A DNA stretch of 64,000 nucleotides from NCBI GenBank assembly GCA_051362555.1, contig CM120641.1, positions 20,894,001-20,958,000 of the forward strand. Direction: 5' to 3'. This DNA comes from Lingula anatina (taxonomy: Eukaryota; Animalia; Brachiopoda). The first letter of the stretch is position 1; the number at the start of each line of letters is the position of its first letter. The position numbers and the translations under genes were made by a program. Below the pieces are notes generated by a model, which saw only the letters and a program-made list of their open reading frames with translations, ran no database searches and had not been told where the DNA came from. Positions 51,192 through 64,000 of the stretch are shown piece after piece.

Positions 51192-54100
51192 TCATGATTG
51201 CAACTTTAGTCTTCCAATATATGGTAAATAATATGATCCAAAATAAAGGACACCATTGTCATCTTCTACCTCACTGACATTAGGCACATCTCCAGACGGA
51301 TCGTGCAGGCTGCGTATTATGTTTCCAGAAGCATCCAGTTCGATCACCAATCCATATTTAGGTATCATCTTAAGCAGAAATTCTTGACTGAAAACCTATT
51401 TCAAAGATACAAAGATACAAGATTAAAGAGTTATTACAGGGATAAAACTTTTAGCCTCCCAAAAAGTCAGAAATCTGCCAATAATCGGAAAAATCTCATC
51501 CTTGTCCAACAACATGCACACAATAACACAAATTTAAACAGTACAAATGACTGAAGGCACTTGCAAGTTAATTAAGTAACTGCAATTATTTTTTAAAACA
51601 GAAGGAAAGTTAATTGAGATATGGCCACTTGCAAAAAAACAAATGCAAAACTTTTTTGGGGATTAAAACACATTGCGCATTTTCATGCCAAATACCTTAA
51701 AAATTAATTTCTTCATCCAAGGTTTTGTACTAGTATAGTCCAGCAAAGAAAATTTTCCAGCTCTCCTAGTGGTGGCCAAGCCCACCCAGTACCCTCCACT
51801 GCTGCTTGGTCTAATATTGTCAGGGGCACCAGGGAGATTATCTGAGAATATTTCTACCTCACCTTTTCTGGGGCCCTTAGTATGATATCTGGAAAGAAAA
51901 TACATTTTCAGATATAAAAATAATTTAATATAATAAAATAAAAAATACAATATATTAAATTTTAAAAAAAATCAAATTCTTTTTTTCTGACACTTACTTC
52001 TGGTGTATGCATTAAGTTTTTGATTAATTATGGAACATAGCAAAGATAACATTTAATTCCATTCAAGTCACAGAACAAAGAGTTGACAAAGACAGAATTT
52101 TCACACAATAATGTATTTATACTGTACTGGAGTATTTTGCATGTACAAAGCTCTGCAATAAGGATGAAGTCTTTCTCTGGGGACAGCTGTACTCCATTTG
52201 GAAAACTCATATTTTTCAAAATTACTTCTGTCTGTTTTGTATTGGGGTTGTATGCCAGTAATCTGTGCAGAGAGAAAAATACACAAACATTCACTATGCA
52301 TACTTACATACATCCCAAATAAAAACAAATGCACAGTAGTTTTTCTTTATATAAAAGAGGTCGAACTGCTTGTTTATACGCATATCAACTCATGTAAAAA
52401 CAACTTTAATTGAATGTAATAAATGCCCCCTCTTTATCTCTTCCTATTAATCTTGGACATAATAATAAATTTTGTCCATGTATTAATCAAGTGAAAGCTA
52501 ATTTGACAAGCCTTCATTAAAAATCTTTATGCCCCTATAGCATTATAATTGAACCATTCCTATTCAGCATGGTTGCTTTTTCAGTAGACCAGTGTCATAA
52601 ATAAATTTCAAGTTATGTTTTTGCATATGACCTTCCATTTTTTTTGGCTTCCATAGCAGCATATCTATTATATCTTCGGCCCCAGTTAGTGCTTGAATCT
52701 GTGAAATAGACTGTCCCATCTGAATCAATGTCAAGATCATTTAGAAATGCTGCTTGTTCTCCATCTACTAAAGTCTCAGGCGAGTAAAGCTGCACAAATT
52801 TACCTGCAAACCAAAATTCCACATCTCACATAGTTTAAGACATTTAAAAAAATCAAGAAAGCTTCCTAATGGGCACACAGATAAATGGCAATAGTAAAGG
52901 AAGCACTGACATGAAAAAAGTCTAAAAAAGTTAATGAAGAAGCAATTACACAAATGGAAGTACACAAAATGGTTTGAATCAATTAATGTTGATGCAATGT
53001 AACATACAAGTACATAATGCTTAACAGCAGGATGATCACCAGTTTTTAATAATGATAAATGTGCTTCAGTTACAGTGCAGTAAGCACATAGCTAGAGACA
53101 ATGTGTGATAAATGAAAAAAATAAGTTTCAGAATAAAAAGAAACATTTTTTTCCTTTTATAAAAACAGTGACAGAAGCGGAACACTTACAGTGACAAGGC
53201 ACACAAGTGATGGCTATTATTCCAGAAAACATGCATGAAATGAACCTACACCGAGTGACTACATTTTGTGACTACCATAGTAGGCGCTTACCTGTTTCAA
53301 CATTGACTCGAAATAAACCTAGGTAAGCATCCACAACAACAAGACTCCCATCTTTATCAAACCTCATACCCAGTGGTCTTCCACAAGTTGGTTCATCATC
53401 AAACTTACCTATCAACATATAAAATCAGGTTCATTTAAAGAATCACTCAAAAATTGTTTCCCATCACATACAGTAAAAACAGTATTAAATGTTTATCACT
53501 GACAAATAAGCAAGGGCACTGAAGAGAATAAAGAACAGTGCAAAACATTATATGTTACATGAACAAACATGCACAAACGGATGTCAAGAGCAAAAAGAAC
53601 TTTAAAAAAATGAAGGAAATGTAAACTGCTGGTTTATGTACATTTCAAATCTGAGATTATCTGAGAAATGCATGTTTTCAACAAAATGCAGCACTGCTTA
53701 CAGAAACGCACCATGAAAATATACTAGCAATCATTAATGAAAATGTAAAAATGTGCATGTCCTAAGCAGACTCATTTCTACACATAACTTGGAAACCGTT
53801 AGTAACTGAGTCGGATACAAATGCCAATGCTAGTTTACTGTGGTAAGGCAAGGTTTGCACATACCAGTGATATTGTTTTCAATTCAAATTGATAATTTAA
53901 AAAAAAAATTCATACAGAAATTTAAAATGTTGGTGAAAAGTTATGAACCAAATCAAATTTGAATTAAATAATATTTTTAATATTAATATTTCTTTAGCTA
54001 TCTATCTTTAATTATCGATTGTAGTAATTCTTATCAATTTTATTAATCTTATTTTCAGAGTTGCATGGATAATTTCCAGCACTTATCCAAGTACATGGTT

Positions 54101-54707
54101 AACATGATTGCAATTTTTATCACAAAACGCCATTCTTACCACAGGGTGGCTTTCCAAGTGTGGCTACCACTCTGATGTCATCCCCATTAATTTCAAGAAT
54201 CTTTCCATCTGCAGTTCCTGTGAACAGTTTCCCTGTTAAAAATATGACAGTATACCCAAGAAATTAACATACAGGTTTACATAAAATGTGCGTTTAAAAA
54301 AAAAATCAGTCTTTGTTCTTTGTTCTTTTTACATAGAAAAATTCTCTTAGAAGGAATGAAATATTTATCCCTAATGAATATTAGAAACTTACTAGTATTT
54401 TAAAGTGTAACAAATTTGTTAACTTCCTTTCTTAAGCACGTGGAAAACAAAATTTAATGATTGCCACTGGATAAAAATGACCTAAATTTCTTTTACACAG
54501 AAAAGAAAACCATTCAGTAGATTGCCAACAACTGATATGAAATTAAAAAAATGCAATCATGAATATTAAATCCATACTGTCATACCATTGTGTACAGTAA
54601 TAGACTCTGGACCACGGAGCCTATCAAGGAAAAGTTTATCAGCTTTGGCTAAGAGTTTGTTTTCAGCCAGAGGACCTATGAACTCAGGTGGCAATGGGAG
54701 GCTAATG

Positions 54708-54738
<31 letters not shown>

Positions 54739-54984
54739 ACTTGAGTCTATGATAATAAATTGAAATGACATTTAAAAAATAGAATAACACAATATATAAA
54801 TGAAAGACTATAATTGATGTTTATAGAATGGTTTCACATATTTAAATATATGACCTTTAAAAATTTTATCAAGATAAAGTATATATTTATCTGCATTGTG
54901 CCAAAAATTGGACTAAAGTCTTTATATTCGCAAATAAAAATTCGCTTTACTTTTGTGAAGCTATATATATGTGTGTATCTACCA

Positions 54985-55058
<74 letters not shown>

Positions 55059-56226
55059 ATTGGACAAAAGAAATTTGATGATCAGTTAACATGAAGTTGA
55101 TAAAGGTATCTTAAATCTTTCATACCTGTATTCAATAGGCTCTATAGGTGAAGGCAGCAAGTAGAGTGTTGTCACACATGATAAACTAATAAATATTATG
55201 AGTAATCCTAAAGTGTGAGAGCTGAAATTGAAAAAAAAAAATGAAAGTAAAATAAAATATTTGCAATCCTGTATAAATCCTATATATATATTCTGGAGTA
55301 AATCAAATATGAGCAAAACACTATAGCTACATACACTAAATCGGTAGGGGCTACTTTACAATATTGTTAATTCGAATGGTCTTAAAGCTATGATTAAGTT
55401 ATTTAATAAAATTCAGTATACGGGTCATCAGTAACTCCTTCATCTATGTATATATACGTACACTTTACACTATGACAGGGACATGGGTTAAATAATAACT
55501 CTTCGTATGAGATCTATATTTCACAATAAAAACATTGCGAATAATTCATAGAAATATAATATATTCTGTTTTAATTACCACAAAAACGGCAGTTATAGCT
55601 ATTATTCTGATATCTGAGCTCGTCTTTAGACCACATGTCCTCCATTGATGGCTATACTCTGTTAAAATCTCTTAAGAGATTTTAGCAAAAAACCAAACTT
55701 TAGAAAAAAAACAGGAACTAACTTTGAATGTAAAAATGGATTCATTACTCATTGGTAAGTATGGGAAAATTGATGTTTACTCTACGAAATTTCATTTTTT
55801 GGTCGAAATGAAGAATTATTATCCCTTTAATTTATTCTATGCTCTGTCAGTCCATTACAAAAGTTCTCTCTCTTGACTTTATTATATACATGTAGGCCTC
55901 ATTCAGATCAAGAAGAGCCGAGTACTAGCTATAGGCCGCAACCTAAATATGGCAGACATATACCTGTATATATATATAATATATATAGTATATCTTACTG
56001 GGAACTGTTCTCTCTTTTACACAACTGCTTTATCACAGACTCTGCACATTAGATATTTCATGTCAAGTTATGGGCTTAGTACATTACAGAAAAAAATAAA
56101 ACTGCTTACAACTTACAAGGAACGAGAAGCCTCATCTTTATTTGGCCCCGAAGATGAAACGGAATTATGGGTTGGAGAAGTACTCCCTGAAGACGAAGGT
56201 ACGTGGCGTTTTCTTGTCTCCGGCAT
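51192..56226 (-). CDS. APMAP: Adipocyte plasma membrane-associated protein (strictosidine synthase-like beta-propeller). Exons approx. 56226-56117, 55221-55126, 54701-54586, 54232-54140, 53408-53292, 52803-52632, 52262-52128, 51888-51696, 51395-51192
   Basis: N-terminal TM followed by PSPIEP, then GPESI, LFTGTADG, TCGRPLGMRF, FLNDLDIDSDGTVYFTDSS, FPNGVQLSP, NLPGAPDNIR and SLHDPSG..SEVE..LYFGS. All junctions are in phase. Confidence 0.93.
54986..55056. repeat. (TA)n microsatellite
   Basis: Directly visible. Confidence 0.95.
55488..55830 (+). mobile_element. Kolobok-like MITE (copy 4, left terminus slightly eroded)
   Basis: taataactcttcgtatgagatc ... gaattattatccctttaa, colinear with copy 1. 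Confidence 0.85.
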
Positions 56227-56963
56227 ATTAATGCTACTCTCCTCTGTCTGCAGTAACTGTAGCTCTATCTGTCAAATTGACGAAGCGTGACGCTAAATTA
56301 TGGTAGATGTCTAACCCAGTTTGTCTATGGCATTATGTCACGCGTTTGACCTAGGTCTTGTTTACATCAACCAGGCCTACTTTTTGAAGAACAGAGAAAC
56401 TAGCGTGCTTCTGAGTTAAACAAAGAATGTTTATTTCACGTTAGAATAAAAAATGTCACAAATTATTTATAGTTTTCAGCATACGCACGTACCAGGTACA
56501 TCCCAACATTATGAATTTGCCGGCAAAGACCTTGACCCAGATTTACATTGACCAATCAAATGAATTATGGCGGGGGTTACGATGGAATCCTCATCTGCAG
56601 TCACAAACTTTATGTGAAGACTGATATCCTTTATATGTTTATTTGACGGAGGAAGTAGTGAGATTTTCTAAGATCAAGGGAAAGGTGGGTGTATGTAAGG
56701 TGATGTTTTTCTAGAGCGCCCCTCAGTCAGATGTTAGTCTGGGGGCCTTGCAAAAGTACTGTAGAAATAAAAAATAGAAATAAGAGGGAAACATAAGAGG
56801 ATGTACTTAACTGTGGCCAGTGGAGTGTCAACAGCCAAAAGGAGAGAATACAGATAGAAAATGGTGCAAAATTCAAGAAACGCATGGCGCAGCTCGAGGG
56901 AAAAATATACATGATCACTCTCCTTGGTAGTTTCAGGTTCAAAGCAGACCCCAAACTCTTAAA

Positions 56964-57402
56964 CCCCATTTCCAGAGATTAGATCGATCTACTGGGGGTT
57001 CACGCTAAATAGCTGTCATCTGAGCGGACACGAAAGTTAATTACCCCCTTACAGCTTGTAGTAGGCAGGATGGACATTTAAGCCGGATTATCTGACAGTA
57101 ATCTAGTGAGACTCCCTGCAGGGATAGATCGATCTAAAAGCTCTGGGAATACAGCCTTTGGGTTTTGTGTTAATCAAAGGGTGCTTTCCCAGAGATTTAG
57201 ATCGATCTAAAGATTTAGTTTTAGATCGACCTAACACTCTGGGGGTTCACGCTAAATTGCAGTCAGCCGAGCGGGCAACAAAGTTAATTACCCCCTTACA
57301 GCTTTTAGTGGGCGGGACAGACGCTTAAGCCGGCCAAGCTTACAGTAATCTAGGGAGACTCCCCATAGGGATAGATCGATCTAAAATTCTGTGGAAATGG
57401 GG
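56964..57402. mobile_element. Head-to-tail dimer of a ~200-bp MITE-like unit with TAGATCGATCTA-containing inverted ends
   Basis: Outer ends are ccccatttccagagattagatcgatct ... agatcgatctaaaattctgtggaaatgggg. The core ctgggggttcacgctaaat..aaagttaattacccccttacagctt..acagtaatctag.gagactccc occurs twice (56991 and ~57239). Confidence 0.75.
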
Positions 57403-58215
57403 TGAAAGCCAAGGGAATCTATGCTGTGAGGATTATCAATGTGGGGGAGTATCAGTAAAGGGAAATAAAGGAGCGTAGGGATATCAATGTGGGGATGTAG
57501 GGAGTTTCAGAATTAAGGAATTGAGACAATCACCTCAAGTGGTTGTTACTTTCAAAAGACCATTTTTATATAAAAATATATTTGTAATTCTTCTTGGATA
57601 ACTATAAGAAGCTGTTTTTGTTTGTTCTTTAAAGTTGCAGAAAAAAAAAGAAAAAAAAACTGGTGTTGTCAGACCTCTGTCAGGCTGTAATTTATGGTTC
57701 TCCAGAATTGCACCTGGTTGGTGCCCCCCCACCCCCAAAAAAACTCAATTAGTTTGTGATCTACCCTAAATGAATGGCTTAATTTAATCCCCTTCTTTTT
57801 GCAAGCACAAAAATTGTGACCCACTGCTTCTTATAAGCCCCCCCCTTATGACAAGTATATAACTTAGTTCATATCATAAACCACAAATAGCAACATTAAT
57901 GCATGAATTTCATGCATTAATGCAGTTTGTACCATAAAATATTCAGCTTAGCCTTCCTGGCCATTTGGCCCATTCGGACCATTTAGCTGTGCTAGTTACA
58001 GTACAGTTTGGAACCAAATTGAAAGATGTAAATATTGAAAGCAGGACAGTGCATCACTAGTATTCACTACAGTTCTTGTTCTACATGTACATTTACAGTA
58101 TGTATGGTGACAATGGAGAGCATCACAATTTAATCAGAAAATTCAAGTGTAATTTTTTTTTCAGATTTTCAAACCAAGATGTGGCATGTAACTTAAAGAG
58201 TTTTGATAGGCCATT

Positions 58216-61200
58216 ATGGACAAAGAATACCTGGTAAGGTGGAAAAGTTGATTAGAAGGAATTCTCTGAACCTCTCAATGAATGTCAATGAATGTCATTG
58301 AGAGACCATTAAAGGATTACGCTGTCTTCCTTTCATGTAGGTCCGCCATATTTAGGTCTCGGCCTTGCTAGACATTAGCTCTTCTCGATGTGAATGCTCT
58401 CTAAATTGTTGAATCAACTCCTATGGTAAAGAAGATGGGGGTAGTTACATAAGAGTAGAAAGCTTGATTGTGTGAGTTTTCACAGTAACCTTTAATGTCA
58501 ATCCCTGGTCAGGTGGTGGTCTAAGTGTATCATGATTTTTTTTAGAGTGACACAAAATGTCGAATCCAAGTATTGGAACAGGTCTAGTAAATGTTCTGGA
58601 ATAGGAGTAAATTGCCCTTTTCTTCATGGAAGTTAGATTTGACACCAACTGAACACAGTGTGTAAAATACCTTGATTGGATGGAAATATGTGACAATAAG
58701 GTCTTCAAGTTGATGCACAAAACACACTACACGTGACATAACTTACTGAATACTTCAATAGTAGTGTTTAGACGTGATGAACTTGGATTTTACTATATTT
58801 CTTCAGGGTGTACTGAATTATAAGGTATTTGCAGTAATTTTGTGCATGATATATTTTATTTGTTCAACATATTTGCTCGTGACATCTTTATTTTATGAAA
58901 TGTCAGTTTATTTAATTAATATTTAAAAGGTGCTGTATACACACCAGAAGACAAAAAAGACCAAGACTTGGCAGGATGGAGTTTTAAAAGTGTGCAGAGC
59001 TGGTTCTAAGGTAGTGAAAATTAGTACACATACAGGCAGCCACACATGCACACTCTCTCTCTCTCTGTTTCTCTGTCTCTCTCTCTCGCTCTCTCTCCAG
59101 TAATTTGTTGTGTACAGATACATTGTGTCTGTTCATATAGCCACTACCTGCTCTGTCAGCTTTGCCATACAAGTCTTTGGAAATAACACATTTCAAGGAA
59201 AAGCAAAATGACTATGGACTTCAATCTTACAACAAAGCACAGGTCTACAACACAATTGATAATAATACATTTGGTAAATCATTATTAAAAAAAGTTTATG
59301 TACATATCTATGTTATCCTTTCATCTATAATTGTTCCAACATTAAACTATTCTGTAGAAACTTTAAAGCTCTCATATGATAAAGATAAAACACATCCTGA
59401 ATTATTTACATACAGTTACCTTATGGCCAACATGGACGTCAGCATTCATCAGACTGATGTAAGCGCATGTGGTCATTTATAAGTATTTTAAAAGATTCTC
59501 TTATGTTGATCAATCAGAAGCTAATGGTATGAAAATATTTCACCTTGTGTTTTGTAATTACCATATATATGATCCAGCTACCAAGCTAATGAACATTTTT
59601 GCTCTTTTTAATCTCTTGTGTTTCATTCTTTCAGGCAGTTCTGTTTAGTGATTCTGGATCTAAAGTAGACTCAGTCCATGTAAAGACAAATCAGGTAAGA
59701 TACCCATCATGCAGCCCAAATCTTATATTATCATACATATTGTAGCAGTAACATTGATTAAAAGGTGCACAATATTAAAACTGATTACAGTATGAACCAG
59801 GGTGCAGTTCCCTTTGATGATTAAAAAAATATATGAGGGAAGTGGTGTACTTTTTAGGAAAATGACATTTTTGCTTTATAAAGGTCTATTGAGCATAGTG
59901 CGCCTTGCATATTTAAGCACGCTTAAAACAATTTTGTACATGTTATCCTGACATACCAAGATATTTTAAGTGTCTAACAAAAAGGGTGCTGTAAAGTGGG
60001 TCATATTTCAAACCAATCTTTCCATTACATAATATGGTTTAACAAAATTTATGGCGGTCCTATGAAATTCAGCTAAGTAAATCATCATTACCATTGATAT
60101 AACTTATTTTACATATTATTCAAATACTTAGTTAAACATTGGGGATGAAATAGAAAGTGACCGCCATCTCATCACCATTGAGGAAATCAAAGTCAATGGA
60201 GAACAGGAAAGAAAACCAGTGAAAAATGAAGTAAAATCTAGTGATAACAGTGATATCAGATATGGTATTAATCCAATGGTCTCGCAACCTGAGAGGTTGA
60301 ATGTTAACAGTGCTGCAGTTAGTCGACCATTGAAGACTGAATTGAAAAGAAAGAGGACAGTAGGTGTATTTTTGACAAGATTTGGGCAGATATTTAATTT
60401 CTGTTGCAAAACAAATGAGCAAAAAAAAAACTTTTTTATTTGTCATTAGTTGGCTTATATATGTAGCTTCAGGTTTTCAGCCAAACGATTTACAAATACC
60501 AAATTACTCCCATGGTTAGAGAGGTACAATAATTAAAGTAATGTAATGTGTAATTTTTTTATCCAGGAGTTTATTCCACCCAGATTAGTGAAACAGCAAG
60601 TTCTCCACAGTGGAATCAATTCCCCCACTGCAACAGAGGCCTGTAGGTATCAAACTAATCATCATATAGCCATACCAGATGAGAAATCGTCCTTTGGAAC
60701 TAATATTTTTAATTTACATGGGGACCATGAAGTTTTTGCTAAAAATAAAAATGTTCAAATTGGACCATGTGATGCTGAATGTAATAACACTGAAGGAAAC
60801 TCAAACAGTGTTGGAAGTAGGGCATACAATTCACCATGGAGTGTAATTGGTCAGCCTAGAAGGCCTAGGTTACTGGAATCAAAAGAGGAAGGAATTAGAC
60901 ATGAAGATACACAGTCAAAGAAAAGTTTAAACAGTGTGTCTTTGCCAGAAAAGGGAAAGCGCAGTGCTGCACAAATTCTTAAACTGATTGGTGGAAAACC
61001 TTTTAAGCCTCCCTTGAAACAATCAGTCAGGAGTGTTTTGGATGATAATATTAAAGAAAAGATTCAAGAAGATGAAGTAAATGAAACTGCCCGGTGTCAT
61101 GCAAAGGTTCATGATAACCAGTATATTGCTCTTGAAGGCAATGATGTAACATTATCTAAGACTAAACACTTATTAGAAGATACAGTGCATTGTGAAACTT

Positions 61201-63713
61201 CAGATAAAGTTCAAGCAGTTAGTGAGACTAATGATGTAGCAGAAAATGATGCAGCTGTCATAGCAACAGAAGACGTAAGCATTTCCAAGTCCAAAGGTGT
61301 CTCTGTTGCAATTGAAGATTATGACATTACAGAAGAAGACACAACGGATGGTTACTTTGGCATCAACTTTTCTCCATTGTCACAAGTATCAGATTTTGAG
61401 CCAGACTCCCCATGTTCCAGTGAAACCTTCCACGGCAATAAATTATCTCAAGATTATAATGTTTTGGTAGCCAAGCCTTTCCCATCCAGTTCAAGCAACA
61501 GTGAAACTCTATGTAATCATGGTTGCCCCAAAACCATGTCTAGTACCTCAAAACATGAGATTTATTTTAAATCAAATACAGAGGACCCAGTTTTTGAATG
61601 TGAAAACAATGTGAAAGTTGAGATTGCCAACCAGAAAACACAGTTTGCAAAATGCTCATTACGTTCAACACCAGATGCAGAAGATACAGCAGTAAATAAA
61701 TCAGCATCTTTAGTGAATTTTTCAACCTTGGAGGACTTCAGTCCAGGTCCATATGTTGGTAGTTTCTCAACGCCCACTGGCTCTCCTCAACAACAACTGC
61801 ATGTAGTAGGTGATTCTTGTATCCAAAACCAAACCACTTTAACACCAAACCAAACACTAGGTTGCAATAATAGCATATTGAAACAAGAATTTGATGACTC
61901 TCCTGTATCCATTCAGAAAAACATTGGTAGTTTCCCTCCTCTACAAGGCTATAGATTGGTTGAAAATACATTTGGAGATGATCTTGTGCCAAGTGTGAAT
62001 TTAGGTAGTGATGCAGATACAGAGCAAACACTTGTAAGTCCTATTACACAAGCCAAGGAAAGAATATGCTCTCAAGAAAATATGCTCTGCTCTTCCAGCT
62101 GTTTGCCAAGTAGTAGAAAAAGTTTGTTTGAATGTAAGGAAAATCACTTCACAAATTTACCACCTTTGGGGAATGTACACGAAGAACAAACTGAACATTT
62201 ACATTCTCAGCTTGGTACTACTAGTTCTTGCCAAGATAGTCCATTTGAAGCAGAAAACATTAGTCCATATGAAGCTGAAAACTTTTCTAAGGCCAAAGTT
62301 GCCTTTGGTTCAATTGAAAAACGTGATGACATTGCTGAAAAAGACACAAGGAATTCTTACTTGGACATCAATTTTTCTCCACTTTCAAATGTATCGAATT
62401 CTTCATCAGAGTCAAACTTTCCATGTCCCAGTCAAACCTACAGCAGATGTTTATATGATGGTAATGGCGGAAAGATTTCTCACGATATTGCAGCAACTGA
62501 AACTGATACATGTATGTATCCAGAAGTTGTCTCTACCAACAATTCAACACTGTTACAGAGACAACAAAATAGTATGACACTAAATATTGGAGTTTTTTCA
62601 AAGGGTCATCACTTGGGAGTAAGCTCTGCTGGACAAATATGTGAGTAATGTTAAATTTAAGTAGGGTTAGTTAAGTTTTTTTTTAATTTTTTATCAGCTG
62701 GTATTTTTTTTAAAATTTATCCGATTTTTGATATTTTAATATCAAATTAAAATTAAAAAGGTGTAGTTAGATAATACGCTCTAGGAGAACTTTACAAAAA
62801 GATAATGATAGCAGTTAAGATTTCTATTTGTCCCTTTGTACTGTGATTGTACAGTATGTAGTATTGATTCACATGGAAATTAAGATACTTGCTTACTTTT
62901 CAGATGGAGATTCAAAAGCCAGAATTACCAAAGAAATGGTATCCTCAGCTCTTTCCTCACTGCCACACCCTTCTGATCTTAAGAAACAAAAGGTAATGAA
63001 GAATGTAGTTCAGAGAGATCAAGGGCCTTTGCTAACAAATGTGAGTATAAGTAATTTCAGTGCATGATTTAGTGCTTTTTGGAGTGACTGTTTTAGAACA
63101 ATTCAACACAGTCACAGCATAGAGCTACCTGTAAGTGATTAAACAGAGACTGAATGGTATGCTTTAGTTCCTTTTTTAAGTTCTTTTTGTAAGATTCTTA
63201 TTAAATTGAAAAATTAAGAAAATTATTCATGGGCAGTAGACACTGTTGTTTGTTCCTTTATTGATAAGGAAGCAGTCCCTCAGATACTGAGCAGTTTTAT
63301 TTGAGTGTTGCAAGTGAACTGATCCATGTGTCTTATCTTATACAAAGTTCCTTCAGGTGGCACATGGATGGTGCTTGCACACAGTTTGAATTAGTCTTTT
63401 TGTGTATGGTAGATGAGAAAAGCAAAACTCCGAACTTTTCCATATTTTCAGCACTAAAATCTGTATTATCTATGGTAATTCAATGTTACTGATTTGCAGA
63501 TTAACTCCAAACTTGATCAGTATGCACTCAAGGGGTCTGTGTCAGGGTCAGCAGCCAGAAGGGTAGTGTCTTCTCATGGTGGGTTCTCAGGTATGTCTAC
63601 CATGCCATCTGGTGGGCATGTCCAAGATGAAAGGGGGAACTATCCCATTAGAAGAGACAGTGCTGTGCTGCAGGAGATACAGTTGCCTTATAATAGGTCA
63701 CCAAACCAGATGG
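58216..63713 (+). CDS. ZGRF1: ZGRF1 (5'-3' DNA helicase), 5' part. Exons approx. 58216-58233, 58930-59010, 59635-59694, 60132-60359, 60567-62640, 62904-63040, 63500-~63713; presumably continues beyond the window
   Basis: Spliced N-terminus MDKEYL-VLYTHQKTKKTKTWQDGVLKV..-AVLFSDSGSKVDS..-LNIGDEIESDRHLITIEEIK matches the DUF2439 domain of ZGRF1/Mte1. It is followed by KRKRT-EFIPPR, an RSAAQILKLI motif and a long acidic disordered exon as in vertebrate ZGRF1. The GRF finger and helicase domain are not in the window. Confidence 0.88.
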
Positions 63714-64000
63714 TGGGAATCTTTGCTGATTCTGTTTGCCAAACTAGGAACTGTGTTGATGGTATGGTGCAAAGATACAGTAGTGTAATAGTTGTCAACA
63801 CGTTATGTTTTGGTATTTTCAGAATTTTGTATAATTTTGGAAAAATAACTTCTGAGATTGTTGCAAACTTTGAGTCTACTGAAAATAGTTATTCAAAAAC
63901 TATTAGGGTGTGATTCATTATGGGAAATTGATGCAGCAATCAAAGGTATGGGAATGAAACATATGTTTTGCACAAGTGAATTAATTGCATAATTTTGCAA

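Overview
AT-rich, intron-containing animal genomic DNA. The repeat types suggest a lophotrochozoan or other marine invertebrate (inference). Seven protein-coding genes could be pieced together by hand from GT-AG exons: MPP5/PALS1-stardust (+, 6-16881), TRNT1 CCA-adding enzyme (-, 19404-26156), a UDP-glycosyltransferase with an intronless CDS (+, 27240-28850), an unnamed ~1150-aa gene (-, 30868-~38110), a glycine N-acyltransferase-like GNAT (-, 42472-46811), APMAP (-, 51192-56226) and the 5' part of ZGRF1 (+, 58216 to the window end). The unnamed gene is the most unusual item. After a long disordered N-terminus it encodes a domain resembling the plant/fungal TRF2/HOY1 PH-like domain, then an MSL2/tesmin-type CXC motif and a long Cys/His zinc-binding tail. 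Non-coding DNA holds many non-autonomous DNA transposons: four TTAA-flanked Kolobok-like MITEs, PIF/Harbinger-like MITEs, and Helentron-like HINE elements carrying ~160-bp tandem arrays. One HINE end appears to supply an MPP5 splice-acceptor region. All family assignments come from motif recognition, not database searches.
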